Position numbers and translations under genes: made by a program
Shown: positions 54,179-64,000 of the stretch, one piece after another
How the letters are laid out: the number at the start of each line of letters is the position of its first letter
Position numbering within the stretch: position 1 is the first letter of the stretch
Notes under the pieces: generated by a model
Told to the model about the DNA's origin: nothing
Databases searched by the model: none
The model's input: only the letters and a program-made list of their open reading frames with translations
DNA from: a bacterium
Lineage (GTDB): Bacteria > SAR324 > NAC60-12
DNA length: 64,000 nt
Assembly: GCA_965205865.1 (NCBI GenBank)
Contig: CBDBHR010000030.1
Coordinates: 768,001 to 832,000, forward strand
Reading direction: 5' to 3'

Positions 54179-55729
54179 TTATCGTATAAGCATGAAACAC
54201 AATCCCATAATGAGGGTAGGAATGATGGCTCCTGCCGCCAAACCAAGGGGGGACACTCCCCCATCAAAATATTCGGCAAGTATCGATTGCCCCGCTGGAT
54301 TTGGAGCATTGGCAATGACGGTCAATCCTCCTCCGGTTACCGCGCCTGCCACTACTGCGTACTTGAGTCCATCGGTCAAGGAAGGCACCAGGGTACTCAG
54401 GTAGGTGATGGCGGCATTGTCGTTGAATGCGGTTAAAACCGTAGCTCCGGCCATTAATGGCACTTCGGATAAACTGCCCAAAACCGGAGCAATCCACCAC
54501 CCCTGCAAACCTCCATGCGTCACTAAACCCGCCAGGAAAAATCCAACCAGCAATGCCGGTTTCAAATCAACCCGACTTTGATGAGGGTGGGTTGCCTGGA
54601 CAAAACCGAGGAAGAATAAAAATCCTCCAATAAACATTACGGGATAGTGGACGTTGAATACGGTCCATGCCATGAAGATAAGATGCGCAACGGTGATCCA
54701 TGCGGGCACAGGAGAATGGTTTGCGTTTTTTTCAGAAGAATGTTGCTCGGCAACTGGTTGTTTCAGTGTAGCAAACTCACGCCGAAAGACAAGAAAATAC
54801 AAAGTATTGGCCAGCACAATTCCGAGTGCTGCTTTCCAGCCAAAATGAGTGAACATAAACGCCATATCCCAGTTCCAGAGTGCGGCCACCATCAGGACGG
54901 GAGGCGCGGCAAAATGTGAAAGAGTTCCACCAACTGATATATTGACGAACAATAACCCAATTGTGGCATAGGCAAATCCGGGAGAGGGTTTGCATTGATA
55001 AAATTGTTTGGCAAGCAAAAGGGCGGAGATAGTCATGGCTGCAGGTTCCGTGATAAAAGAGCCGAGCAAAGGGGCGATTGTCAAAATCGACAACCACCAT
55101 GCCGCAGGGGAGTAACCGCCAAAACGAGCCACTGAATGGAGACTGTTTTCAGCCAATTTGACCACGGGTCTGCTGGAGGCAAGGGCCATGATCACCACCA
55201 CAAACATCGGTTCGGTATAATTGACCGTTCCATTGACATAATGGACGATATCGGCCCAACTGAAAAAATAAAACGCAACTGCCAGTAAAGGCAGTACCCA
55301 CAAGCCAAAAACCACTTCCACTTCACCCAGAAAATGCATGACTTGCGCACCAAAATGGACATCATGCCAGACACCAATGTCATCTTGTGTTATGTTTTTC
55401 ATCCGATCACCGGATTCATGTTCCCAACGATGCGCGGTCCTCCTGAACAATCCCGTCAGAAACGTATGGCAGATGGCGCAGGCAAAAAGGAGGGTTGCAA
55501 TCAAATTGAAGGGATGTTGGTCAATACGATGGGACAAGATTTCAATCAAGTCCGTGAGATGGCCATCTTGATAGCTATCCAGAGGAAGACGCAGGGAAGT
55601 GGCGTGTGAGGATTCGGAAGTAGATGACGGAGTTCCGGCGGCATAAAGCAATGCGGGTACGCTGACACCGGTGCACAGCGCAATCCACCATTTAAAAAAA
55701 TATCGCATAGGCGCATGAAAATCAGTCAT
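54179..55729 (-). CDS. putative Na+/H+ antiporter (DUF1504-like)
   Basis: HFLGEVEVVFGLW, GSFITEPAAMT, FNDNAAITYL, IANAPNPAG. Confidence 0.8.
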   Translation of the reverse strand: MTDFHAPMRYFFKWWIALCTGVSVPALLYAAGTPSSTSESSHATSLRLPLDSYQDGHLTDLIEILSHRIDQHPFNLIATLLFACAICHTFLTGLFRRTAHRWEHESGDRMKNITQDDIGVWHDVHFGAQVMHFLGEVEVVFGLWVLPLLAVAFYFFSWADIVHYVNGTVNYTEPMFVVVIMALASSRPVVKLAENSLHSVARFGGYSPAAWWLSILTIAPLLGSFITEPAAMTISALLLAKQFYQCKPSPGFAYATIGLLFVNISVGGTLSHFAAPPVLMVAALWNWDMAFMFTHFGWKAALGIVLANTLYFLVFRREFATLKQPVAEQHSSEKNANHSPVPAWITVAHLIFMAWTVFNVHYPVMFIGGFLFFLGFVQATHPHQSRVDLKPALLVGFFLAGLVTHGGLQGWWIAPVLGSLSEVPLMAGATVLTAFNDNAAITYLSTLVPSLTDGLKYAVVAGAVTGGGLTVIANAPNPAGQSILAEYFDGGVSPLGLAAGAIIPTLIMGLCFMLIR

Positions 55730-55828
55730 AATTTGGATTGCGAGTATTGCATAAGAACAACCAAGATAAAAAAATTTTCTCTTTTTTAAGCAGGAACTGT
55801 ATGATTTTTCTTCAATTGGGGACTCCCA

Positions 55829-57844
55829 TTAAAAGCGAAGCAGCATGAAGCAAAGTCCCATAATGAATGTGGGAATGAGTGCCGCTTTGGCTAGTCCAAT
55901 AGGGGAGACGCCGTTGTGAAAGTATTTGGATAATATCGATTGCCCCGCCGGGTTGGGAGCGTTGGCGATGACGGTCAAGCCACCTCCTGTGACGGCTCCC
56001 GCCACCACAGCATATTTTAGTTCCTCTGCAAGATCAGGAATCAATGTGCTGAGAAAAGTAATGGCGGCATTGTCATTGAAGGCGGTGAGGAACACAGCTC
56101 CCACCATCAAGGGAATTTCTGAGAGACTGCCCAATACGGGGGCTATCCACCACGCCTGTAATCCACCATGAATCACCAGACCTGCCAGGAAAAATCCGAC
56201 CAGCAAAGCGGGTTTCAAATCCGCGCGGTTCTGAAATGGAGCAGTAGCCTGGGCAAATCCCAGATAAAACAGAAAACCGGCAATGAACAAGGGCGGATGG
56301 TGGGCATTCATCACTGTCCAAGCCATGAAAGCGACATGCACCAGCATAATCCAGCTGGGAACCGCGTCAGAACGATTATCCCAGTTGGGGTCCCGATAAG
56401 CGGGGCGTTCCTTTCTTGGAAGAAGACCGGGTAGATTTTTTTCCATTTCATGTCGCTTACTCTTTTCAAAAACTCTATCAAATGCAGATTCCAGATCGGG
56501 AGATTTGTCAAGTTTTTCCGCAATTTTTTCTTTCAAGCGAACTTTGATTTGCTCACATTTCTCATCAAACGAGGCTTTGAATCCCAATTCCTCATTGACC
56601 ACTACTTCTATTTTGTCAAATTCTTGCTCCAAGGTGTTGCGATCAATCACGGTGGCTTCCAATTCCCTTTGCATTTCCAGAGTCGCATACTTTTGATCCA
56701 TTTTTTGCAATTCCGCTTTATGGAAGAGATAATAAACTGTGGTGGCAATGAGAATCCCGAGAGTGGCTTTCCAACCAAAATTTCCCAACATGAAGAAAAA
56801 GCCCCAATTCCAGGGAGCTGCCACAATCAATACTGGTGGTGCGGCAAAATGCGTTAGCGTTCCTCCCACTGAAATGTTAACAAAGAGCAAACCGATGGTG
56901 GCATAGGAGAATCGAGGACTGGGATTGAGCGAATAGAACTTTTTGGCCAGTAGCAAGGCAGAAATCGTCATTGCGGCGGGCTCTGTGATGAAAGATCCCA
57001 ACAGCGGGCCAATCACTAAAATCGTAAACCACCATGAGGTGAGGGAGCCACCCATGCGACTGGCAATTCTTTCCATGATCAACTCAGCCAATTTGACCAC
57101 GGGACGAGTCGAGGACAAGGTCATGATTACGACGACAAACATGGGCTCGGTATAGTTCACATAGCTGAAGTAATGCAACGTCAAGGAGGGACCAAAAAAG
57201 AGAAAAATCACAATACCCAGCACGACCGCCCACATGCCAAAAACAGCTTCCACTTCTCCGACAAAATGGAGTGCTTCCGCGCCAAAGCGCATCCCTTCCC
57301 TGGGTTTTCCTTGTTTGACGGATTCCTCGTAAACCTGGCCGAGATGATGGGCCATGTTTCGAAATCTGGAAGTGAGGAATGTATGAATGATAGCGCAAAG
57401 GAAAATGAGGGAGGCGATCAAGTAAAACGATTCAACCGCAATACGGTTGCTCATTTTCTCCAGGATTCCTGAATTTTCTTCACCCAGGTAGGTATCGATA
57501 GGACGAGGAAAGACTGCTGATTTGCTGGCACGGTACCTTACCAATTGTTTGAATGCTTGCGAAGACTCTTCACTCAGCAGTTGATTGATGATTTCCAGGA
57601 ACTCATCTTCATCATGAAAAACCTGCCCTTGCAAATCTTCCAATGCCTTCAAATCCCGCCCATCCACAGAACCAGGAGCTTTTGCAATATCACTTTGTAA
57701 CGTCTTCAGTACGGATTCGGTGATTTCAAAACCGGTACTTCCCCCGGAAATCCGACCACTAGCGGCATAGACCAAGGCGGCGATTCCCATCAGTATCCAA
57801 GCCAGGATTATCCATTTCCAGAAGGGTGTCATCCTGTTCTCCAT
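55829..57844 (-). CDS. putative Na+/H+ antiporter (DUF1504-like), longer paralog
   Basis: same motifs plus soluble insertions. Confidence 0.8.
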   Translation of the reverse strand: MENRMTPFWKWIILAWILMGIAALVYAASGRISGGSTGFEITESVLKTLQSDIAKAPGSVDGRDLKALEDLQGQVFHDEDEFLEIINQLLSEESSQAFKQLVRYRASKSAVFPRPIDTYLGEENSGILEKMSNRIAVESFYLIASLIFLCAIIHTFLTSRFRNMAHHLGQVYEESVKQGKPREGMRFGAEALHFVGEVEAVFGMWAVVLGIVIFLFFGPSLTLHYFSYVNYTEPMFVVVIMTLSSTRPVVKLAELIMERIASRMGGSLTSWWFTILVIGPLLGSFITEPAAMTISALLLAKKFYSLNPSPRFSYATIGLLFVNISVGGTLTHFAAPPVLIVAAPWNWGFFFMLGNFGWKATLGILIATTVYYLFHKAELQKMDQKYATLEMQRELEATVIDRNTLEQEFDKIEVVVNEELGFKASFDEKCEQIKVRLKEKIAEKLDKSPDLESAFDRVFEKSKRHEMEKNLPGLLPRKERPAYRDPNWDNRSDAVPSWIMLVHVAFMAWTVMNAHHPPLFIAGFLFYLGFAQATAPFQNRADLKPALLVGFFLAGLVIHGGLQAWWIAPVLGSLSEIPLMVGAVFLTAFNDNAAITFLSTLIPDLAEELKYAVVAGAVTGGGLTVIANAPNPAGQSILSKYFHNGVSPIGLAKAALIPTFIMGLCFMLLRF

Positions 57845-57875
57845 GTGACCACTTTGTCTCTCGGCAGTTTTTCCA

Positions 57876-58136
57876 TCAATACGGAATCAGAAAAGCACGG
57901 AGAACCTGAATGACAATCAGGACCACCACGAGGGAAAGATCAAATCTTCCGATTGGAGGCACCACCTGTCGCACAGGTGCCAGTACGGGTTCTGTGATTT
58001 GATACAAGAATTGAACGATTTTATTGCGAGGATCAGGGCTGACCCAAGAGATCAGAGCGCGAGCAATAAGGATAAACGCGTACAAATTCAAAATGGCACC
58101 CAAGACTTGAATTAAAGAAATCGGGACGGCATACAT
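57876..58136 (-). CDS. yggT: YggT family membrane protein
   Basis: RALISWVSPDP, ITEPVLAPVR, DLS. Confidence 0.9.
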   Translation of the reverse strand: MYAVPISLIQVLGAILNLYAFILIARALISWVSPDPRNKIVQFLYQITEPVLAPVRQVVPPIGRFDLSLVVVLIVIQVLRAFLIPY

Positions 58137-58177
58137 GTTTTCAACTCCCTATTTTATAAATTTCCTCGCTTTTCAAC

Positions 58178-58879
58178 TCAACCACGCGTGCCAAATATAG
58201 CGCTCCCAATCCGAATGAAAGTGGCTCCTTCTTCGATTGCCCACTTGTAATCGGAAGACATGCCCATCGACAATTCCGTAATGGTTTGCTGTTTTCCAAA
58301 TCGTCGCGCCAAACGTTCCCGCCATTGATAAAGGGTTGCAAAGATTTTTCGCGTCTCTTTTTCATTGGACTGGGGATTCGCCATCGTCATTAGCCCTTTG
58401 AACTGCAAGCTGCGACACGACAAGAGATGTTCAACCAAGCAACACAGATCATCCCATTCCCGGATTCCCGTCTTGGTGCTTTCCCGGGTGAGATTGACTT
58501 GAACCAAAACTTTCGTGGATACCTGGGACTGTTGGCCTCTTTTTTCCAAGGCATCCACCAATTGCATGGAATCAATGGAATGAATCCATTGAAATCTTCC
58601 CAGACAGTGACGAACTTTATTTCTCTGTAAATGCCCGACCAAATGCCATTCAATGTCCTGAGGAAGTAGAGGGATTTTTCCGATTGCTTCTTGCGCACGG
58701 TTTTCTCCGAATCGCCATTGTCCGGCAGCAAAAGCAGCTTCGACCGCAGTGGCAGGAAATGTTTTGGAGATGGCGATCAAGCGCACTTCTTCCATCCGCC
58801 GTCCGCATTTTTGCGCACTTTCCCGGATTTCTTGATGGAGCTTATCCAGATTGGCTTTGATAGGCTGGTGGGAGAGCAT
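58178..58879 (-). CDS. yggS: PLP homeostasis protein
   Basis: LIAISKT, FGENRAQE, WHLVGHLQRNK, LSMGMSSD, RIGSAIFG. Confidence 0.95.
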   Translation of the reverse strand: MLSHQPIKANLDKLHQEIRESAQKCGRRMEEVRLIAISKTFPATAVEAAFAAGQWRFGENRAQEAIGKIPLLPQDIEWHLVGHLQRNKVRHCLGRFQWIHSIDSMQLVDALEKRGQQSQVSTKVLVQVNLTRESTKTGIREWDDLCCLVEHLLSCRSLQFKGLMTMANPQSNEKETRKIFATLYQWRERLARRFGKQQTITELSMGMSSDYKWAIEEGATFIRIGSAIFGTRG

Positions 58880-59279
58880 TTTCTGATGCGTCAGGGAGGA
58901 AATTTAATGACTCGGACGGGTTCCTTTTCCCCAGTTTTCCGAAGACATCTTGGCTGGTTGTGATCTCAATAAGCGAAGATGCCCTCAAAATTTTGCAGCG
59001 AGTTGTCTGAGATTTTCTATTATTGATGTCTTGCCAGCGTTTTTCAAGATCTTTTATCAGTGAAAAGGGAAAGGAGGATGGGAAGGACGGTTGATGGGGA
59101 AAGAAAAAAGCGAGTGTATTTGAACTATACATTCAAGTATGTTTGATTTAATATAAAACTCTGCGGCGGTCCTGGAAAATTAATTTATTGCTTGAATATT
59201 CGCTCCTACTGAGCAATCAGTGACCAGAGATGTTGGCACTGAAAAATCGTTTGAACCACAATTTCGACTTGGAGGAGAT

Positions 59280-61499
59280 ATGGATAGCGAACTAGCAAGC
59301 CTGCTCTATCATTCAGTAGAAAAAGACAACCCTGAAGAAATTCTTACCTTTGAGGAATATTTGGACGTCATCAAAGAAGAGCCTTGGGTGGCGCGCAATA
59401 CTTTTCAATTGCTGCACGACATCATGCTTTCCAGTGGCGTGGAACATTCGATCATGCCAGGAAAACCGGTCAAGCATCGCTATGGATTCTTTGAGTTCTC
59501 GTCGATGGTGGGCGACTTTGTGGTTTTTGGACAGCAAAAAGCCAAGGAAAATCTGGTGGAAAAAATCGACAACGCCAGTCGTGGTTTGGAAGCTTCCAAA
59601 CGTCTCTGGATTTTGCTCGGTCCTCCAGGGGCGGCAAAATCCCGCTCCATGGATGGTATCAAGCTTTCGCTGCGCAACTACTCGAAATCGGAGGCGGGGA
59701 AAACCTACACCATGCTTCTGCCCACCATCGACGAACGCTTGAAAGACCGGGCGCTTTTTGAAGAGGAGGGGATTTTTTATTTGCAAAGCCCCCTGTTCGA
59801 AAAACCCCTGCAAGTCATTCCTGAAAGCATTCGGGATGAATTTTCCCAATGGTTGACCAATCAAATTGAACAGGAGGTAATCGCCGAATGGTTGGAAAAA
59901 CACCCTCACTATGACTATGAATTCAAAATCAATATAACGGGCGCAATTTCTCCCTACTCGGATTATGTGCTCAAAGATTTCATGTCCGCCAAGGGTCTCA
60001 ATTTTCTCGAGATGCTTCCTTGGATCAAAGTCAAGCGGATGATCTATGACACCCGCACCAAAACCGGGATTGGCTCTTACACTCCCAGAGATGAAAAGAG
60101 TCAGGAAGCCGGTTCTTTGGTGGGCAATATCGACTACAGCTTGCTGCCACGCTTTGGTAGTGAATCTCATCCCTTAGTTCATGATTACAAAGGAGAACTA
60201 TGTGCCGGCGCCAACGGATTCGTGGAGATTCACGAGATTCTCAAACTTTCCGATAAATTTTTATATGAGATGCTGTTTGCCACGCAGGATCGCTTTTTCA
60301 AACCGGAAGGGCAGCCACCCATTCCCTTCAATGGCGTAATCATTGGCCACACGAATTTCCATGAATTCAATATGTTCATGGGCAATGAATCCTTTGAAGC
60401 CCTGCGTTCACGGACCACTTTTATCGAAATGCCATTGTCGGTGGACTACAGTCAAGAGGAACAAATTTATGCCTTTACGTACTCCAATGACAATCGGAAA
60501 TGGGATAAAAACAAAAAACATCAGGCTCACGTCGCTCCCCACAGTCTGACATTCCTCAGTTTGATTGCCGTGATGTCACGGCTCTACGAATCTAAACAAA
60601 ACCCCAACCTGACACTTTTACAAAAAGCCCTCATTTATGCCGGCAGGGCAGACAGCGGTGCCGACAACAATGTGGCCAAAGTGATTTTGGATGAATTTGA
60701 ATTCGTCAAACCTTCCGAGGGCACATTTGGACTGGACCCGCGCTTCATTCAAAATATATTTGAAAATACTGAGCATTTCCAAATCAATGAGTATGCAGCC
60801 AACATCAAACAGTTGGAGCAAGAATCCGGAGACCATGCATTGCTCACCTCCATTGCCCTGCAAAACCCCTGCGTCACTCCATTGGATTTATACCTGCGCT
60901 TGGAAAATGGGATTAAGGATTCATTTGCCAATCAAAAAACAAAGCTCAGCCACTATGTGGAAAAAATTCTCCCCCAGGCCAAAAGCTGGATTTTCGGACA
61001 GATCTCCAGTGATGTATACAGCGCGATTCTGCGGGATGATACCGTCATCGAAACCTCATGGAAAAAATACACCGATCACGTGAGAGCCTATGCTCACAAT
61101 ACGAAAGTCAAGCACGACGTCACTCAAACGGATGTGCAGCCCGACGAAAAATTCATGCAGACGATTGAACAATATCTTGGAATTCCGGACAAAGAGGTGT
61201 TCCGCAAGGAACTGAGTGATGCGATTGCCAGTGTCAATTATTCCATCATTTTGGCCGATGAGCCGTCCTATCAAAATGCCATCAAAAAATTTGTTTTCGA
61301 AAATGAATTCAAGTCGGGTGAAAACATGAAGCTTTTGGGTTGGATCAAAAGCGGTACCAGTGCGGCCAATGTCAATTTGAAGGAACAGGAACAACTGAAC
61401 GAAACCATCAGATATCTCATCGAGGTGAAAGGGTATTGCGGCAAATGCGCGTTCCAGGCGTTGACCATCACAGCCAACGCGTCCAGTATTATCATTTAA
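59280..61499 (+). CDS. prkA: PrkA/YeaG-family AAA protein
   Basis: LLGPPGAAKS, DEKSQE..LVGNID, GELCAGANG..E, IIGHTN. Confidence 0.8.
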   Translation: MDSELASLLYHSVEKDNPEEILTFEEYLDVIKEEPWVARNTFQLLHDIMLSSGVEHSIMPGKPVKHRYGFFEFSSMVGDFVVFGQQKAKENLVEKIDNASRGLEASKRLWILLGPPGAAKSRSMDGIKLSLRNYSKSEAGKTYTMLLPTIDERLKDRALFEEEGIFYLQSPLFEKPLQVIPESIRDEFSQWLTNQIEQEVIAEWLEKHPHYDYEFKINITGAISPYSDYVLKDFMSAKGLNFLEMLPWIKVKRMIYDTRTKTGIGSYTPRDEKSQEAGSLVGNIDYSLLPRFGSESHPLVHDYKGELCAGANGFVEIHEILKLSDKFLYEMLFATQDRFFKPEGQPPIPFNGVIIGHTNFHEFNMFMGNESFEALRSRTTFIEMPLSVDYSQEEQIYAFTYSNDNRKWDKNKKHQAHVAPHSLTFLSLIAVMSRLYESKQNPNLTLLQKALIYAGRADSGADNNVAKVILDEFEFVKPSEGTFGLDPRFIQNIFENTEHFQINEYAANIKQLEQESGDHALLTSIALQNPCVTPLDLYLRLENGIKDSFANQKTKLSHYVEKILPQAKSWIFGQISSDVYSAILRDDTVIETSWKKYTDHVRAYAHNTKVKHDVTQTDVQPDEKFMQTIEQYLGIPDKEVFRKELSDAIASVNYSIILADEPSYQNAIKKFVFENEFKSGENMKLLGWIKSGTSAANVNLKEQEQLNETIRYLIEVKGYCGKCAFQALTITANASSIII

Positions 61500-61512
61500 C
61501 CATTGAAAACGG

Positions 61513-62574
61513 ATGGCCAGCGAAGAAAAAATTTCATCAGGCGAATCTGAAGGCGCGTTCAATGAATTCGTTGAAGAGCAGCTTACGGATATGCTTGAAA
61601 CCATCGTCAATGAAGGCGAATTCGACCATATTGGAGATCGCCATAGTGATGTGATCATTGAAATGGATGATATCGAGGTCCCCACTTTTTCTTACGGTGA
61701 AGAACGAGGGGGTCGAGGACAGGTAACAGGACCCGGGCGGGAAAAAGGGGGTAAAATGCGTTTCCTGCTCCCCTTTGACAAGCTGATGGCATTGATTGCT
61801 CATTCTCTCAGGTTGCCCGATTTGACAAAGGAAGGCAAAGGCAAGATCAAGGAATTTTCCTACGAATTCAAAACATTTGGGCAAATCGGAGTGACCCTGG
61901 ATAAAAAGCGTACCTTCAAACGAGCTTTGCGCAGCAATCTCGCTTTGAGGCTGTATGCTCCTGATGAAGGGCGCTATGACGTACAAATCATGCGCCGGGA
62001 CAAGCGATACAAACTCCCGGAACGCATTGAAAGGCCAAAGTACAAAGCAGTGGTCTTTTACATGGGAGATATTTCCTACTCGACTTATGGCGAGCGTCTG
62101 CAACTGGAAAAGCGCCTGGTGAATTTCACGCAAAGCTGGCTTGATTACAACTATGGTCCCGGCAACGTGGAACACCGTTTTTTTGTCCATGATATGGACG
62201 CATACGAAGTGCAGGCGGAGCAATTTTATAAGGTGAGCAACATAGGGGGAACCCAAGCCTCGACGGTCTTTGACCTGGTATTCCAGATTGCTTACAATGA
62301 ATATGATACTACCGCTACCAATTTTTATGGATTCTATTTTGGTGATGGAGAACTTTTTGATGATGATGCGCGTCATATCTTGGAAACCCTGGAAGGTTCC
62401 ATGCGTCCGTTGTTCAATCGCATTGGCATTGTGGAAGTACAGCCAGGGCGGTTGAGTTTGCTCAATCGTCAAGTCGCCACCCGCTTCAACCGGGATCCCA
62501 TAATCCGACTCAGTGAAATCAATGACAAACAGGAGACGGTAGATGTGATCAAAACTTTATTTGGAGAGCAGTGA
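61513..62574 (+). CDS. YeaH/YhbH (DUF444) vWA-like protein
   Basis: glycine-rich linker, LDKKRT, KAVVFYMGDISYS, GGT, GDGE; follows prkA. Confidence 0.75.
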   Translation: MASEEKISSGESEGAFNEFVEEQLTDMLETIVNEGEFDHIGDRHSDVIIEMDDIEVPTFSYGEERGGRGQVTGPGREKGGKMRFLLPFDKLMALIAHSLRLPDLTKEGKGKIKEFSYEFKTFGQIGVTLDKKRTFKRALRSNLALRLYAPDEGRYDVQIMRRDKRYKLPERIERPKYKAVVFYMGDISYSTYGERLQLEKRLVNFTQSWLDYNYGPGNVEHRFFVHDMDAYEVQAEQFYKVSNIGGTQASTVFDLVFQIAYNEYDTTATNFYGFYFGDGELFDDDARHILETLEGSMRPLFNRIGIVEVQPGRLSLLNRQVATRFNRDPIIRLSEINDKQETVDVIKTLFGEQ

Positions 62575-64000
62575 TGCGTGCCATTCGTAGCGTCCCGGCA
62601 CTTTATGACCTGGAGCAGCGGGTCCTTTATCATGCGAAGGCCATGGAACGGAAGCTTCCGGAAATGCGGTTTTTCATTCTGGATAGCTGGGAATTCGTAT
62701 CGCTTCTGGAGAAATATGTCTATCCCACCAGCCCTATCAATATTTGGGAAGGCAAACGCGTCGTCACCAAGAAACACTGGGTGGAAACCGGGCAAGAATC
62801 GACCCTCTTTTACGAAGTTGTACAAACCGGAAATCCCTCCTATGCGTATCTCAATGCCACCAATTCCCCCATGACGCAGGCTTCGGTGATGGCCCACGTT
62901 TGTGGCCATTGTGAATTTTCAGAATTGAACGTCTTGCAGGATTCCAATTCGGACCGCACTGAATTCGTCATGTATCTGGTGAAAAAAACCAATATCGCCC
63001 GACAACAGATGGGAGATAAATTGTTTCTGGAGTACTGGAACGCCTGTGAATCCCTCGTTCCCTTGCTGGCTCCTCATTCTCAATTCAACTTGGCGCGGTC
63101 CGTTTCCACTGATTCCCTGACTCGACATCAGGAACATGATACCTACGTTCCTGAACAAGCCCCTCCAGCCTTCATACGGCCTTTTTCCACTACGATGGAC
63201 GCTTTATTGCGGATTTCGCCCAATGAACTGGCATGGAGAGAAGAGATGCGGCAGAAGAAGACGCAGGAACTATTGAGCCGACAGGGCTATACCCTCCAGG
63301 CGCCCTGCCAGGATATCATGGGGTTTTTGAAGAATTATGCTCCATCCAGTCGAGGCGAAAAAGCCATCCTGCACTACATGACGACAGTTCATGCCACGCA
63401 TGATTTTGTGGTGCGTACTCAAATCATGAACGAAGGATGGGCCATGTATTGGGAAAAAAAAATCATGCTGGAACTGTTCAAAGAAAAGGCCGTTTCAGGA
63501 ATCATTGACTATGCCAGGGTCTTTTCCGGAGTGTGCTTCCCACGCCCTTATTATGCTCGCAATCCTTATCATCTCGGTTTTCACCTGTGGAATCATATCG
63601 AGGCGCTCTATCGGGAAGGAAAGGTGAATTTGGACTATTTGGAGGAAGTGGACCAAGAGAAAAAATACCATTGGAATCAAGGCAGCAAGGAGTCCCCCAT
63701 CAAATCCATGGAACACCTGATTCGCACGGTCACCGACTATGATTTTCTGCGTCGGTTTTTGACGCTGGAATTGATTGAAACCTTTCATCTGAATCGCATC
63801 AGCAAGCAGGAAGCGCAGCGGATGGGCCTTTCTGCCGACAACGTTGTGAAAGAAGATGTTTACTGGTTGTGGATCGATCCCATCCCGGTCAAGGAGGAAA
63901 TGCTCAAATTTTTTACTCATTTTTTCCGTCCCCGTATTTATATCATCGATACTGATTTTCAGGACGGTGGGCTATTACTATTCCACCGGGACGACGGAAG
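62574..64000 (+). CDS. SpoVR/YcgB family protein (runs off the window end)
   Basis: ATG overlaps the previous TGA; FYEVV, AYL, VMAHVCGHCEF, TQIMNEGWAMYW, NPYHLG. Confidence 0.85.
   Translation, partial: MRAIRSVPALYDLEQRVLYHAKAMERKLPEMRFFILDSWEFVSLLEKYVYPTSPINIWEGKRVVTKKHWVETGQESTLFYEVVQTGNPSYAYLNATNSPMTQASVMAHVCGHCEFSELNVLQDSNSDRTEFVMYLVKKTNIARQQMGDKLFLEYWNACESLVPLLAPHSQFNLARSVSTDSLTRHQEHDTYVPEQAPPAFIRPFSTTMDALLRISPNELAWREEMRQKKTQELLSRQGYTLQAPCQDIMGFLKNYAPSSRGEKAILHYMTTVHATHDFVVRTQIMNEGWAMYWEKKIMLELFKEKAVSGIIDYARVFSGVCFPRPYYARNPYHLGFHLWNHIEALYREGKVNLDYLEEVDQEKKYHWNQGSKESPIKSMEHLIRTVTDYDFLRRFLTLELIETFHLNRISKQEAQRMGLSADNVVKEDVYWLWIDPIPVKEEMLKFFTHFFRPRIYIIDTDFQDGGLLLFHRDDG

Overview
Bacterial window in two parts. 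Positions ~44.9-64 kb are ordinary core genome: phoU-like, DUF899, J-domain gene, queF, fabI, psd, ftsH, two putative Na+/H+ antiporters, yggT, yggS and a prkA-yeaH-spoVR operon. Positions 1-44.8 kb are a heavily decayed accessory mosaic. It holds five Dpp/Opp-type ABC cassettes without ATPase genes, two inverted Uma2 nuclease copies, a type ISP/IIG-like R-M gene, a P450, an RCC1/CARDB surface lipoprotein, integron cassette remnants, and fragments of IS5, IS66, IS91, IS110, IS1380, IS1 and RAYT elements. The most striking structure is a three-level nest. An ORF-less, non-canonical group II intron (20635-21543) sits precisely in the conserved domain III motif of another ORF-less group II intron. 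The empty allele is visible at ~31.5 kb, and the inner intron's EBS1 loop is complementary to the junction. Both copies of the outer intron join their 3' end at the same position (after nt 11) of GGGGTCAGGCY REP-type ends of two different RAYT-related elements. Also notable: a repeated promoter plus structured-RNA module upstream of binding-protein genes, and shared leader and tail sequences grafted onto divergent transporter cores. All family calls come from motif recognition only; no searches were run.
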